Positions 26,007 to 36,726 of a stretch of DNA of 64,000 nucleotides are shown here, in pieces. The notes beneath the pieces are model-generated. The model saw only the letters and a program-made list of their open reading frames with translations, did no database searches and had not been told where the DNA came from. The first letter of the stretch is position 1; every line of letters begins with the position of its first letter. The position numbers and the translations under genes are program-made. The stretch comes from an uncultured Candidatus Actinomarina sp. (GTDB lineage: Bacteria > Actinomycetota > Acidimicrobiia > Actinomarinales > Actinomarinaceae). The DNA lies in the NCBI GenBank assembly GCA_902534495.1, contig CACAQC010000001.1:91741-155740 (forward strand), in the 5' to 3' direction.

Positions 26007-26786
26007 CTAATCAGTTGAACTATTTCTAACGACATCATCAAACGTTTTTTCATTTTGATACCATTTCATCCATATAACTAAAATAGAAATCCAGAGTATT
26101 ATGCCTCCTCCAAGTTTGAGTATTAATCCTGCAAGTGTTTGATCGTTAATGACAGATATGTTATAAATATTTTCGACATCTACATAAGCGCTGTAAAGAG
26201 GCTCCGTCCCAAAAGCAAGAAAACTTGCGGGGATTGTTGGAAGTAGTGATTGAAGAAACAGGTATCCTATTTTTGCAGCTGAATTCATAGGTTTAATTTC
26301 ATCATTAAAACCAATAACAGGAATCCACATATTCAGTGAGACCAGAAGCATCACGGAATGTATTAGAAAATGGAATAATGTATTTGTTACCATCAGATTT
26401 ACAACTGTAGACCAATGCATTCCAACCATTACAAAATTGAACAAGAAAAATGCAACAACAGGTTTTGCAGTTATTTTAAGTACTGATATTAGTGGTTTTA
26501 CAGACACTAACTTTTTCATTTCTCTATGCATACCCATAAGCAATAAAGGTGGAGATACAAGAGCTAAGACTAAGTGTTCAGCTGAATGAACAGAAAACAA
26601 ATATCTTTCACCAATGTCGTGAATTGGATAATCTGTAAAAGCCCAAAGGATTAGTAAACCTGAATACCACAACTTTCTTTTATCTTTTTTTATTGTTTTG
26701 TCTTTAGTTGATAATTCAAAAAATATAACTAATGAAACTATCAATGCCCAAACATCATAATGTGGATGAAATGGTAAATTTTCCAT
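26007..26786 (-). CDS. ctaG: Cytochrome c oxidase assembly factor CtaG (Bacillus caa3 type)
   Basis: Polytopic protein directly after ctaF. The block YLFSVHSAEHLVLALVSPPLLLMGM resembles the Caa3_CtaG family. Confidence 0.6.
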   Translation of the reverse strand: MENLPFHPHYDVWALIVSLVIFFELSTKDKTIKKDKRKLWYSGLLILWAFTDYPIHDIGERYLFSVHSAEHLVLALVSPPLLLMGMHREMKKLVSVKPLISVLKITAKPVVAFFLFNFVMVGMHWSTVVNLMVTNTLFHFLIHSVMLLVSLNMWIPVIGFNDEIKPMNSAAKIGYLFLQSLLPTIPASFLAFGTEPLYSAYVDVENIYNISVINDQTLAGLILKLGGGIILWISILVIWMKWYQNEKTFDDVVRNSSTD

Positions 26787-26792
26787 AATATT

Positions 26793-27092
26793 TTAAGAAA
26801 AGTTAGCTGATGCACGCTCTATCATTACAATTGCAAATAACACTAATGCCAATATCATCCCACCAGTAAAGAATCTGTTGACCATTTTATTTTCAAATCT
26901 AAGGTGCATAAACCATCCGACAACAATTATGAATTTTCCAACAGCTAGAATTATCAATATAGGATCAGTAAAAACCCCTACAATATCCTCTGTATAATAT
27001 AAAGCTATTTCAATCGCGGTTAGTATTCCAAGTACAATTGCAATTTGTACATATTTTTTTGGAGTGGGATGATCTATGTGATTTTCAGACAT
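26793..27092 (-). CDS. ctaF: Cytochrome c oxidase subunit IV (prokaryotic COX4_pro type)
   Basis: 99 aa with 3 TM helices and HPTPKKYVQIAIVLGILTAIEIALYY. It lies directly after ctaE. Confidence 0.7.
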   Translation of the reverse strand: MSENHIDHPTPKKYVQIAIVLGILTAIEIALYYTEDIVGVFTDPILIILAVGKFIIVVGWFMHLRFENKMVNRFFTGGMILALVLFAIVMIERASANFS

Positions 27093-27093
27093 T

Positions 27094-27678
27094 TTAAATT
27101 AAATAAACTACTGTAAACAATACTATCCAGACAATATCAACAAAGTGCCAGTAAAGTGCTACAAACTCAAGATTCATTCCACCTTCTAAAGTAAGGCCTT
27201 TTTGTCTTTGTCCAATACCCCAAAGAGCAAGGAGGAGGACCACGCCAATGAATACATGAAGTCCGTGAAAACCAGTAAGAACATAAAAAGTTGAACTGAA
27301 AATATTTGTAGAAAGCTCAAAACCTTTATGGTAAAACTCTGTAAATTCGTAAATTTGTCCTGCTAAAAATACCGCACCTAACATCGCGGTTGCTAAAAGC
27401 CAAACTCTTGTTTTTTCTTGATCGTTCGCTTCCAGAGCATTGTGAGCCAAAACCATAGTCAAAGAACTCATAAGAAGTATAAAAGAGCTAATTGAAGTAA
27501 ATGGTATGTCGTAGACGTCTGTTAATTTGATGCCTGGAAAGTCTCTTCCTTTAAAAATCATAAAGGTAGTAATTAAAGTTCCAAAAAAAAGTATTTCAGT
27601 AGAAAGAAATACCCACATGCCAAGTTTTCTGGTTTCTACTCCTGTAGGTTCATGTGGATATGAATGAGAACTACTCAT
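27094..27678 (-). CDS. ctaE: Cytochrome c oxidase subunit III
   Basis: 194 aa, 5-TM short form, with YVLTGFHGLHVFIGV and YWHFVDIVW. Confidence 0.9.
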   Translation of the reverse strand: MSSSHSYPHEPTGVETRKLGMWVFLSTEILFFGTLITTFMIFKGRDFPGIKLTDVYDIPFTSISSFILLMSSLTMVLAHNALEANDQEKTRVWLLATAMLGAVFLAGQIYEFTEFYHKGFELSTNIFSSTFYVLTGFHGLHVFIGVVLLLALWGIGQRQKGLTLEGGMNLEFVALYWHFVDIVWIVLFTVVYLI

Positions 27679-29632
27679 GCTCTAAATTTTCTTCAACCTC
27701 TTCTTCTAGTGGTTCCGTTCCCCACCCAAAACCTCCAATTAGAAGAAATAAAGCGCCAATCAAGGCAAGGGGAATAGATTTATAAATTACTGCATAACCT
27801 AAAAATGGCAGACCAGCAGCAAGTAAAATAGGGAAATATGAAGGATTAGGTAATACAATATTTTCTGATGGATTTAGACCCTCTTCTTCAAGATCAATAA
27901 GCATTTGATCGGCGGACTCTTTCCTTACGGCTCTTCCATCCTCGTCTTCATCATATTTTGAATGCCAAAAATCATCTAATGATTTCACTTCTGGAGCTTT
28001 TGAAAAGTTCCATACAGGTGTTGGTGACGGGATAGTCCACTCTATCGTTCTTGCATCCCAGGGATCAAATGGGGCTTTTTCACCATTTCTTTTAGAAAAA
28101 ATCCAATTAATCATAAATACAATTATTGAAACTGCAATTATAAAAGCACCGATTGTCACAATAATATTCCAAAATTGAAGATTAGTTTCTTCAGCATAAA
28201 CCCATGTTCTTCTCACTTGGCCTTGAAGACCTAACCAGTGCATAGGTCCAAAGGTAAGATTAAATCCAATTAACATTAACCAAAAATGAATTTTCCCGAG
28301 AGTTTCGTTGTACATTTTGCCCCAAACTTTTGGAAACCAGTAGTAAAGTCCTGAAAAGATTCCAAACAATGCGCCTCCAAAAAGTACATAATGAAAATGT
28401 GCAACAATGTAATAAGTATCAGTTTGCTGTGTATCAGCAGGCACTACTGAATGTGTAACACCACTTAATCCACCAATAACAAACATTCCGATAAAACCCA
28501 AAGAAAATAGCATAGGAGTATTAAGTTTGATTTTTCCACCCCAAATAGTACCCAACCAATTGAAGATTTTTACTCCCGTAGGTACCGCTATAACCATTGT
28601 TGAAAGTCCAAAACCAGCTTGAGCTACAGGACTAATTGCAGATGCGAACATGTGGTGTGCCCATACTCCAAAACCTATGAAGGCAATTCCAAAACCTGCA
28701 AAGACAATAGCTGCATAACCGAACAAAGGTTTTCTGGCAAAAGTAGGTAGAACCTCAGAAACTATACCAAACGCTGGAAGAATAAGAATATATACCTCTG
28801 GATGACCAAAAAGCCAAAACAAATGTTGCCAAAGGACCGGGTCTCCACCTCCTTCTGTGAGGAAGAAAGTAGTGCCAAATTTTCTATCAAATGTGACATA
28901 AAAAAGTGCAATTGCAATGATTGGCAAAGAGAATGCAAGTAGGAAGGAAACAGCAAAAGTCATCCATGTAAATACTGGCATCCTCATAAATCTCATACCT
29001 TTTGTTCTCATGTTGATAATTGTTGTAATGAAATTAAATGCGGATATGAGTGATGCGATTCCTAAAATCTGGAGCCCAATTGCCCAGTAATCCATTGCTG
29101 TTCCAGGCGAATATTTCAGTCCAGCATTTGGTTGATATCCGAACCAGCCACCATTGGGAGCAGATCCAAGCCAACCAACTTCCTCAGCAAGATATCCACC
29201 ATCTGGGGCTCCTGCAGTTCCAAAAATAAAAGTAGAATAAAGAAAAGCTCCTCCAAATATAAATATCCAAAACGAAAGAGCGTTAAGCCTTGGAAAGGCA
29301 ACATCTCTGGCTCCAATCTGAAGAGGAAGCAAATAATTGAAGAAAGCTGCGCTGATTGGCATAATTGCCAAAAATATCATTGTAGTTCCATGCATCGTAA
29401 ACATTGCATTATATTCTGCAGCTGTTAAAAAATTGTTATCAGGCTGTGAAAGCTGAATTCTCAAAATTAACGCCTCAAGACCACCAATTAATAAAAAGAA
29501 AAACGCTGCGTAACCATACATTATTCCAATTCTTTTGTGGTCAACAGTTGTTATCCAACTCCAAATACCTGTTTCAGAAGAAGGTCTTTTAAAAATATTA
29601 CTTTGTTTATTCGGCTCAATTATTTTTGTCAT
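27671..29632 (-). CDS. ctaD: Cytochrome c oxidase subunit I with a 2-TM C-terminal extension
   Basis: Canonical haem-copper motifs (WFFGHPEVYILILP, HHMF, VAHFHYV). About 100 extra C-terminal residues carry two hydrophobic helices, as in Bacillus CtaD. Confidence 0.97.
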   Translation of the reverse strand: MTKIIEPNKQSNIFKRPSSETGIWSWITTVDHKRIGIMYGYAAFFFLLIGGLEALILRIQLSQPDNNFLTAAEYNAMFTMHGTTMIFLAIMPISAAFFNYLLPLQIGARDVAFPRLNALSFWIFIFGGAFLYSTFIFGTAGAPDGGYLAEEVGWLGSAPNGGWFGYQPNAGLKYSPGTAMDYWAIGLQILGIASLISAFNFITTIINMRTKGMRFMRMPVFTWMTFAVSFLLAFSLPIIAIALFYVTFDRKFGTTFFLTEGGGDPVLWQHLFWLFGHPEVYILILPAFGIVSEVLPTFARKPLFGYAAIVFAGFGIAFIGFGVWAHHMFASAISPVAQAGFGLSTMVIAVPTGVKIFNWLGTIWGGKIKLNTPMLFSLGFIGMFVIGGLSGVTHSVVPADTQQTDTYYIVAHFHYVLFGGALFGIFSGLYYWFPKVWGKMYNETLGKIHFWLMLIGFNLTFGPMHWLGLQGQVRRTWVYAEETNLQFWNIIVTIGAFIIAVSIIVFMINWIFSKRNGEKAPFDPWDARTIEWTIPSPTPVWNFSKAPEVKSLDDFWHSKYDEDEDGRAVRKESADQMLIDLEEEGLNPSENIVLPNPSYFPILLAAGLPFLGYAVIYKSIPLALIGALFLLIGGFGWGTEPLEEEVEENLEHE

Positions 29633-30648
29633 TTAAGTGTCTCCAGATACGCAATTAAAGCATTAATTTCCGATTCAGTCAATTCTAGGTTCGGCATAAA
29701 TGTACCAGGCTTTAACTCTGCTGGATTAGCCAGCCATTTTGTAAGGTTTTCTGGATTATTTTTCAATGCTGCACCGGCAAAGACATTTCGATTAGCAAAA
29801 TGGGTTAGATTTGGTGCAATTCTATCACCTTGAACATCCCAAACACCGTTTATTACATGGCATTGTGTACAACCTGCATTCAGATAAACTTGCTGCCCTT
29901 CTGCTGCTAAAGATAAATCATCGGAACTAAATGCAATTGCATCTTTTTGTTGATTTTTTACCCATGCATCAAAATCACTTTGGGACATTGATAAAACTCT
30001 TCCGCGCATTTTTGAATGACTTAATCCACAATATTCACCACATTGAGCCCAGAACTCATTTGGTGAATCCGCATGAAGATTAAGGTAAGTCGTTTGTCCA
30101 GGAACAAGATATCTTTTACCATTTAATTTAGGCACCCAGTAGTTATGAAGAACATCGTTAGACCACATTTCAAGTCTTACTGGTTTGTCTGCTGGAATTA
30201 CTAGAACGTTCGCAGTGGTTATTCCGTAATCTGGGTATTTATATTCAAACCACCACTGATGACCTATGACTTCAATTTTTAAGGCATTTTCTGGTTCTCT
30301 TGCTAAATCAAATATTGTTCTTACTGTTGGTACAGCTATCGCAGCCAATATCAATACAGGTATGACAGTCCATAATATCTCGAGTTTTGTATTTCCATGA
30401 ATTTGCTTTGGCTCTGGAGAATCAGGTTTTTCTTTATAAACAAAAACTGACAATAGTAACGCACCTTGAACAATCACAAATATTACAACAGCAATCCAGA
30501 ATGTTATCCAAAATAATTCATCGATAGATCTCGCATATGGACCCTCGGGACTCAGGGAATCAAGGGGAGCATTTTCAATACAAGCGGAGAGAAAAACTAG
30601 TAGTAAATACCTCAAATTCTTTAATTTAAAAATTTTTTTCACAAGCAT
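29629..30648 (-). CDS. ctaC: Cytochrome c oxidase subunit II with fused C-terminal cytochrome c domain (caa3 type)
   Basis: Lipobox LSAC, CuA site CGEYCGLSHSKM, and C-terminal haem c motif CTQCH followed by a Met-containing tail. Confidence 0.95.
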   Translation of the reverse strand: MLVKKIFKLKNLRYLLLVFLSACIENAPLDSLSPEGPYARSIDELFWITFWIAVVIFVIVQGALLLSVFVYKEKPDSPEPKQIHGNTKLEILWTVIPVLILAAIAVPTVRTIFDLAREPENALKIEVIGHQWWFEYKYPDYGITTANVLVIPADKPVRLEMWSNDVLHNYWVPKLNGKRYLVPGQTTYLNLHADSPNEFWAQCGEYCGLSHSKMRGRVLSMSQSDFDAWVKNQQKDAIAFSSDDLSLAAEGQQVYLNAGCTQCHVINGVWDVQGDRIAPNLTHFANRNVFAGAALKNNPENLTKWLANPAELKPGTFMPNLELTESEINALIAYLETLK

Positions 30649-30719
30649 ATTTATATTATCAACAATATTTAAGGATAGCGTTCAAACAATATATAGTGTA
30701 ATTAAAGTACTATGTCACT

Positions 30720-31601
30720 ATGAAAGCTCAAACAAAAGCAAGTGTTTCAAATTATTTAAAACTTTCTAAATTGAGAATTGTCGAGCTTTTGCTTATTACA
30801 ACTGTTCCATCCATGGTTGTTTCCATATATGGCTTTCCTCCTGTTGAATTAGTTTTGTTTACATTGCTGGGTGGGACAGCATTAGCAATAAGCGCTAACG
30901 TTCTAAATCAAATTTTTGAAATAGAAACTGATAAATTAATGGCAAGAACATCTGACAGACCCCTTGTCACTGGAACTATTTCCGTAAAAAATGCTTATAC
31001 ATATTCAATTTTCTTGGCACTAACAGGATTTATAATTTTATTCACACAAGCAACTCCCATAGCAGCATATATTGCATTAATGGCAAATATTTTTTACTCG
31101 TTTATATATACATTGATTTTAAAACCTAGAACAAATCAAAATATTGTTATTGGGGGTGCAGCTGGAGCTGCCCCTGTTCTTATTGGATGGGCTGCAACAG
31201 GAACTGAACTTGATACGGGATCATGGCTTTTATTTTTACTTGTTTTTCTTTGGACTCCTGCTCATTTTTGGGCATTATCAATTGAAAATGTAGAAGACTA
31301 TAGGGGGGCGGAATTTCCAATGTTGCCAACCCAAGAATCAAAAAAAAGAACATCAATTTTTATTGGTGTTTATTCATGTGCCACTGTAATAACATCTCTT
31401 TTAATAGCACCGATATTACAGCTTGGTTTAATTTATTTATTTTTAGCATTAATTTTTGGAATCTATTTAATGATTAAATCTTATGGTTTGTACTCAAATA
31501 AAATAAAACCAATATCATACTTTGTATTTTCTAATACTTATCTAGCGGTAATATTTTTATCTATGATTGCTGACATTCTTTTTACAATAAGGAATACTTA
31601 G
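30720..31601 (+). CDS. ctaB: Protohaem IX farnesyltransferase (haem O synthase)
   Basis: UbiA-family motifs (NQIFEIETDKLMARTSDRPL, WTPAHFWAL). It is divergent from ctaC. Confidence 0.9.
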   Translation: MKAQTKASVSNYLKLSKLRIVELLLITTVPSMVVSIYGFPPVELVLFTLLGGTALAISANVLNQIFEIETDKLMARTSDRPLVTGTISVKNAYTYSIFLALTGFIILFTQATPIAAYIALMANIFYSFIYTLILKPRTNQNIVIGGAAGAAPVLIGWAATGTELDTGSWLLFLLVFLWTPAHFWALSIENVEDYRGAEFPMLPTQESKKRTSIFIGVYSCATVITSLLIAPILQLGLIYLFLALIFGIYLMIKSYGLYSNKIKPISYFVFSNTYLAVIFLSMIADILFTIRNT

Positions 31602-31603
31602 TC

Positions 31604-32437
31604 ATGGAAGAAATATTTTTTTCAATAACTTATCCTCCAATACCAATTACTAAAGTTGGGCCAGTATTTCTCTCCTTACATGGAGTTTTTGCCGCAATTG
31701 GATTTTATTTTGGGGCTAGCCATGCTTTAAAACTCTCAGAACAAGACGGTGCCAACTCAATTTTATTCTCTGAGGCGCTATCATGGGCAATCTTTGGAGC
31801 CATTCTTGGTGCAAGATTTTTTACTATACCTGCACAATGGTATGCGAATCCAGGGTATGGATTAAGCGATGTTTTTACATTAGCTGGTAGCTATTCAATT
31901 ATGGGTGGTATGGCAGGGGGAATTATTGCTGCATATCTTAAAATTAGCATTTTTAATAATGAAGACTTTAAACAATATGGAGATTACGCTGCCACAGGAT
32001 TAATACTTGGGACTGTTATTGGAAGAATTGGCGATCTGGCTATTGTCGAACACCTAGGAAGAGAAACAAGCTTCTTTTTAGGTTATGAAATTAAGCCGGG
32101 ATATGACGTTGCACCACAACATAATTCTTTAGAATGCATGGAGCCACTGTTAACTTGTGGAACATATCATCACGTTGCACTTTATGACTTAATCCTTGCA
32201 TTAATTGTTTTCTTTATTTTTAGATCGTTGCAAAAACATTATGACTTTGGGAAAGGATCTTGGATTGGTTTATGGGCAATATGGTATGGAACTCAAAGAG
32301 CATTTCTAGACACTTTAAGATTTGGAATGGGTGATTCTACAATTGGTGTATTCACCTGGAATCAAATTGGAGGAGCTCTTCTCGCACTTTTAGGGTTAAT
32401 CTTTTTCTTAAAATATAAAAATATTAAAAAAGACTAA
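31604..32437 (+). CDS. lgt: Prolipoprotein diacylglyceryl transferase
   Basis: Lgt-like blocks are present: HGVFAAIGFYFG, GRIGDLAIVEHLGRET, HHVALYDL, WYGTQRAFLDTLR. Confidence 0.65.
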   Translation: MEEIFFSITYPPIPITKVGPVFLSLHGVFAAIGFYFGASHALKLSEQDGANSILFSEALSWAIFGAILGARFFTIPAQWYANPGYGLSDVFTLAGSYSIMGGMAGGIIAAYLKISIFNNEDFKQYGDYAATGLILGTVIGRIGDLAIVEHLGRETSFFLGYEIKPGYDVAPQHNSLECMEPLLTCGTYHHVALYDLILALIVFFIFRSLQKHYDFGKGSWIGLWAIWYGTQRAFLDTLRFGMGDSTIGVFTWNQIGGALLALLGLIFFLKYKNIKKD

Positions 32438-33347
32438 TAATAAATAGAAGATAAAAAGCTATAAAAGAATACCCAACGAAAATGTTTCTTTTAATGATAT
32501 TTCTTGATAAAAATATTACAAGAAAAGAAACAAAATACATCATAAATAGCTGGTAATCAATTCTTGAAAGAATATTTCCCGGGCTTATCGAAATTGCAAC
32601 ACCACCAACTAATCCAATATTAAAAAGATTTGAACCAAAAATATTTCCAAAGACAATGTCAGGCTTTCTCATCCTCGCTGCTGCTATTGTTCCCGCAACT
32701 TCCGGAAGACTAGTACCAATTGCAATAATTGTTGAACCTATTACCAAAGATGAAACGCCAAATGTTTCAGCTAACTCAACTGCATTATTAACCACTAATT
32801 GACTTCCAAAAAGAGTTGCAGCTAAAGAAAGTAATCCCCTGAGCCATATGTATTTTTTTTCTTCAGTTTTGTAATCTTCTTCTTCAACACTGTCAGTACT
32901 TACCATTTTGTAAACTACATAAATGGTTAAAACTAACAGCACAATACCTAAGTACAGTGGAAAGCTACTAAAAAGAACATAAGTTGACACAAATACAGTA
33001 GTGAGGATTGCCATCCAAACTGGACTAAGTTGATTGAGCTTAATTTTCTCATCAAAGTCCTTTGGAATTGCAAGATACAAAACTGCTACTACAAGTAATG
33101 AATTTGCAATATTTGAACCTACTATATTTCCAATTCCCAAATCCAAATCTCCATTTAATGCAGCTCCCGTGCTTGCGAACAATTCTGGTGCAGATGTACC
33201 AAATCCAATAAATGTTGCCCCTATGATAGAGCTGGGAATTTTGAATTTTAAAGCGATTTGTACGGCAGAATCAACCATTTCATCTGCACCCTTTACTAAA
33301 AAAATTAATCCTACTACAAATCCAAATATGAGAATTAATATATCCAT
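32424..33347 (-). CDS. Ca2+/cation antiporter (CaCA, YrbG-like)
   Basis: Duplicated alpha-repeat motifs GTSAPELFAS/GNIVGSNIAN and GTSLPEVAGT/GNIFGSNLFN. I prefer ATG 33347 (MDILILIFGF...) over the track start at 33383, which would overlap the upstream gene. Confidence 0.8.
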   Translation of the reverse strand: MDILILIFGFVVGLIFLVKGADEMVDSAVQIALKFKIPSSIIGATFIGFGTSAPELFASTGAALNGDLDLGIGNIVGSNIANSLLVVAVLYLAIPKDFDEKIKLNQLSPVWMAILTTVFVSTYVLFSSFPLYLGIVLLVLTIYVVYKMVSTDSVEEEDYKTEEKKYIWLRGLLSLAATLFGSQLVVNNAVELAETFGVSSLVIGSTIIAIGTSLPEVAGTIAAARMRKPDIVFGNIFGSNLFNIGLVGGVAISISPGNILSRIDYQLFMMYFVSFLVIFLSRNIIKRNIFVGYSFIAFYLLFIISLF

Positions 33348-33357
33348 GTCTTGCTGT

Positions 33358-34176
33358 CTATTCTTTAGAATCTCTCCATGCAATCCACTCTTTTACTAAA
33401 GATAAATCATATCCTGGTCCATTAACGGCTAAAGTTACTTCAGTAGCTCCAGCTTCCAAAAGATCATCGGCAAGATCAATTCGTTTAATATCAATTCCGA
33501 TTGATCTTTGTATTTCATTTGGATTCCTTCCTACTTCAGAACACCAATTATCTAATACTGAATTTTTGTGTGCTACAGTTTCAATGCCACTCCTCTCCTC
33601 TGTTTTCGTTGCAAATCCATGCCAAATATCTGCATACTGTGCGACTAGTCTAAGAGTCACTTTTTCTCCACCACCTCCGATTAGTATGGGTATTTTTCTT
33701 TTAGGCTGAGGATCTAATTTACCCATCCTTTTAACAATTCTCTCTAACGATTTTTCTAGTTCTTTGAGCCTCCATATTGCTGTGCCAAACTCATAACCAT
33801 ACTCTTCATAATCTTGTTCAAACCAACCCGAGCCAATTCCGAGGACTACCCGCCCATCTGATATGTGGTCAACTGTTCTAGCCATATCAGCTAGTAGTTC
33901 AGGATTTCTATATGAATTACATGTAACTAAGGGACCTATATCAATCTTATCTGTTACCTCAGCCCAGCTAGCCAGCATGGTCCAACATTCAAAATGCTTT
34001 CCCTCTCTTCTTTCACCTTGTTCCCATTGTGTACCATCTTCTTTATATAGCGGATAGAAATGGTCCCAGTTGTAAATAACATCTGCACCAATTTCCTCTG
34101 ATTTCTTAGCAGCTTTCCTTATCTGGTCATACTCCGCATGTTGAGGTTGTAAAAATACAGCAATTCTTGGTTTCAT
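33358..34176 (-). CDS. LLM-class (luciferase-like) F420-dependent oxidoreductase
   Basis: 272 aa TIM-barrel LLM pattern (VDHISDGRVVLGIGSGW, IPILIGGGGEKVTLRLVAQYADIW). Confidence 0.75.
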   Translation of the reverse strand: MKPRIAVFLQPQHAEYDQIRKAAKKSEEIGADVIYNWDHFYPLYKEDGTQWEQGERREGKHFECWTMLASWAEVTDKIDIGPLVTCNSYRNPELLADMARTVDHISDGRVVLGIGSGWFEQDYEEYGYEFGTAIWRLKELEKSLERIVKRMGKLDPQPKRKIPILIGGGGEKVTLRLVAQYADIWHGFATKTEERSGIETVAHKNSVLDNWCSEVGRNPNEIQRSIGIDIKRIDLADDLLEAGATEVTLAVNGPGYDLSLVKEWIAWRDSKE

Positions 34177-34187
34177 TTCATCTCCTT

Positions 34188-36707
34188 TTATACAAATTTA
34201 GCCTTTTTTAATACACTATTTATTGAATTCTTAAATTTAATATTCGCATTTAATCTTTCAAACTTTTGCTTTGTTAGTTTTTCTGCAGATGGAAGCGGAT
34301 TTAATTTTATAAAATCTTGGATGTCTTTTCCTATATGTTCATCATAAACCGACGGTAGTCCATCAAGAATTCTTGATGAAGTCCATTCGGGCATTACTTT
34401 TAGTAAATTTTCCCAGTTTAACTTTATAATTTCCCAAGCATTTTTACCATTTTCATGATGTGATATTAGGCCAGCAAGCAGGTATGGTGCATCGGCACCT
34501 CTTATAGTCTCATTGAGTATTGCTTCAATAACTACTTTTGGAGTCTCTGGATCACTTACTCCTGGAAGACTTGATCTAAACCTAGCTTCAATTTGTGGAG
34601 AATCTGAATTAATGAAGTTATTTAAATAATTATTAATTGAAATTGATTTGTCTAGTCCTGATACAGAGAGGATTAAGTTATAGTAATTTCCATCAGAGTA
34701 GTCTTTATACTCCTCTGAATTAAATTGATCTGTGAAATGTGAAATAAATTTATCATCTTTTGAGTACTTTGCATACAAAAAACATATCAATGATTTTAAT
34801 TGGGACATTTCTTGATCCATATCTTCTTTATACTCACTTCCTAATCTGTCCAATAATGGTTTACAGAATTGTGCTATATAATTTTCTAATTTATTACTCG
34901 AATCTATCTTATGAAGAGCTGCAAATATTCCCGAAACTAAAGACCATATATTTTTATCAGTTTCATTTTTATATAAATCAATTAGTTTAAGAAAACTTTC
35001 TAAGGCCAACTTCTCTGTCCTTAAAGACATCCATGAATCTTCAAGCAGTCGGTACTTTTCATTAAGATCCAAATCATCAAAGTATCTCATAATTTTATTT
35101 AGATGTTTAGAGTCATATGCTGAGTGGAAAAAGGACCATCCTCCGTTATTGATAAATGGTACATTGCCAATAAGTTCAAAAGAGTCAGTCTTGTTTTTTA
35201 AAAGAACTTTTTGACTTTTACCATTGTCTAGAAAACGGATATTTATAGGAACTTTCCATAATGAATCATCAGTTTCCCCATCAATTAAAAACTTTGACTG
35301 TGAGAAAATAAAATTTGTATTTTCATTATGTTCAATACTAATTATTGGGTAACCTTCTTGTTTTATCCAAGTGGGTAAGATATCTTCTAAATCATATTCT
35401 GTTTCTCCAGAAAGTTCTGTCCACAAATCAGATGAGTGGGTGTTTTTGAATTTGTGTTTGTTCAAATAATTTCTGACACCTTTTTTAAAATTTTCTTCAC
35501 CAATAAATGTTTCAAACATTCTTAAAACAGTAGAACCTTTTTGATATGTTAGAACGTCAAACATTTCTTCCGCTTCTTCTGGTGTTGCAACTTCAAACTC
35601 AACTGGTCTTGAAGATTTTAGTGAATCTACATTAAAACCCTGGCTTCTTGCTAGGTTTAATTCATTCCACAACTTAAATTCAGGATATGTAGCTTCTGAG
35701 GCAATCACCTCCATAAGGCTTGCAAATGCTTCATTTAACCAAATTCCGTCCCACCATTTCATTGTTACTAGATCTCCAAACCACATATGTGCAAGTTCGT
35801 GAGCAACAACTTCAACAGACCTAGACAGCTCTGCTCTTGTAGCCTTTTCAACATCAATCAACAGCAAAGTTTCTCTAAAAGTTACTGCACCAACATTCTC
35901 CATGGCTCCCATAGCAAAATCCGGGATAGCTATTAGATCTAATTTTGTTCCTGGATAATTTATGTCATAATAATTTTCAAAAAAATCCAAAATTTTTATG
36001 GCTGCTTCTCCTGCAAATTTTGTTTGGTGCCCAAATCCAGGCCTGTGAACAACTCGAACATCTGTTGTATTAGATTTTCCTATTTCAGTAATTTCTAGAG
36101 GACCAACCACAAAAGCAACAAGATAGGTAGACATTCTCATTGAGTCCTCGAACTTACTTGTAGTTCTCTCGTTTAAGGTTGTTTCGCTGATAACTTTTTC
36201 ATTGCTAACTCTTATATCTGATTTATCGGATGTAAGAGTTATTGAAAAAACTGACTTATATTCTGGTTCATCCCAGCAAGGAAAAGCCATTCTTGCAGAA
36301 GTAGGTTCAAACTGGGTTGTAGCCATCCAGTTTTGTTCATTATTTTCATCCACAAACTTGCTTCTATAAAAACCTCTTAAATCATCTACAATTTTGCCCT
36401 CGAAATCAATATATAATTTCCAGTCACCAGAAGTAACTTTTTCCTCAAAGTTTATTATTATTTTTTCATCTTCATTGAGATAATTTATAGACCCGTCAAT
36501 ATGTGCGCCATTATCGTCTTCTATAAAAGAAGAATTGATTGTTAAACCTACTGAATGTAAATGTATTTCGTCAGTCTCCTCTACAACCTCTATGAATACA
36601 ATTTCTTTTCCAAGATATTTAAAATTTTTAAGATCGATATCAAGATTTATTTCGTATCTGTTAGGTATTGCTAATTTTGGAAGTAAAATATTTTGATTCA
36701 TTAACAA
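34188..36707 (-). CDS. pepN: Aminopeptidase N (M1 family)
   Basis: GAMEN exopeptidase motif and HELAHMWFGDLVTMKWWDGIWLNEAFA zinc site, with an ERAP1-like C-terminal domain. Confidence 0.92.
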   Translation of the reverse strand: MLMNQNILLPKLAIPNRYEINLDIDLKNFKYLGKEIVFIEVVEETDEIHLHSVGLTINSSFIEDDNGAHIDGSINYLNEDEKIIINFEEKVTSGDWKLYIDFEGKIVDDLRGFYRSKFVDENNEQNWMATTQFEPTSARMAFPCWDEPEYKSVFSITLTSDKSDIRVSNEKVISETTLNERTTSKFEDSMRMSTYLVAFVVGPLEITEIGKSNTTDVRVVHRPGFGHQTKFAGEAAIKILDFFENYYDINYPGTKLDLIAIPDFAMGAMENVGAVTFRETLLLIDVEKATRAELSRSVEVVAHELAHMWFGDLVTMKWWDGIWLNEAFASLMEVIASEATYPEFKLWNELNLARSQGFNVDSLKSSRPVEFEVATPEEAEEMFDVLTYQKGSTVLRMFETFIGEENFKKGVRNYLNKHKFKNTHSSDLWTELSGETEYDLEDILPTWIKQEGYPIISIEHNENTNFIFSQSKFLIDGETDDSLWKVPINIRFLDNGKSQKVLLKNKTDSFELIGNVPFINNGGWSFFHSAYDSKHLNKIMRYFDDLDLNEKYRLLEDSWMSLRTEKLALESFLKLIDLYKNETDKNIWSLVSGIFAALHKIDSSNKLENYIAQFCKPLLDRLGSEYKEDMDQEMSQLKSLICFLYAKYSKDDKFISHFTDQFNSEEYKDYSDGNYYNLILSVSGLDKSISINNYLNNFINSDSPQIEARFRSSLPGVSDPETPKVVIEAILNETIRGADAPYLLAGLISHHENGKNAWEIIKLNWENLLKVMPEWTSSRILDGLPSVYDEHIGKDIQDFIKLNPLPSAEKLTKQKFERLNANIKFKNSINSVLKKAKFV

Positions 36708-36726
36708 ATTGTAGTTTATATATGAA

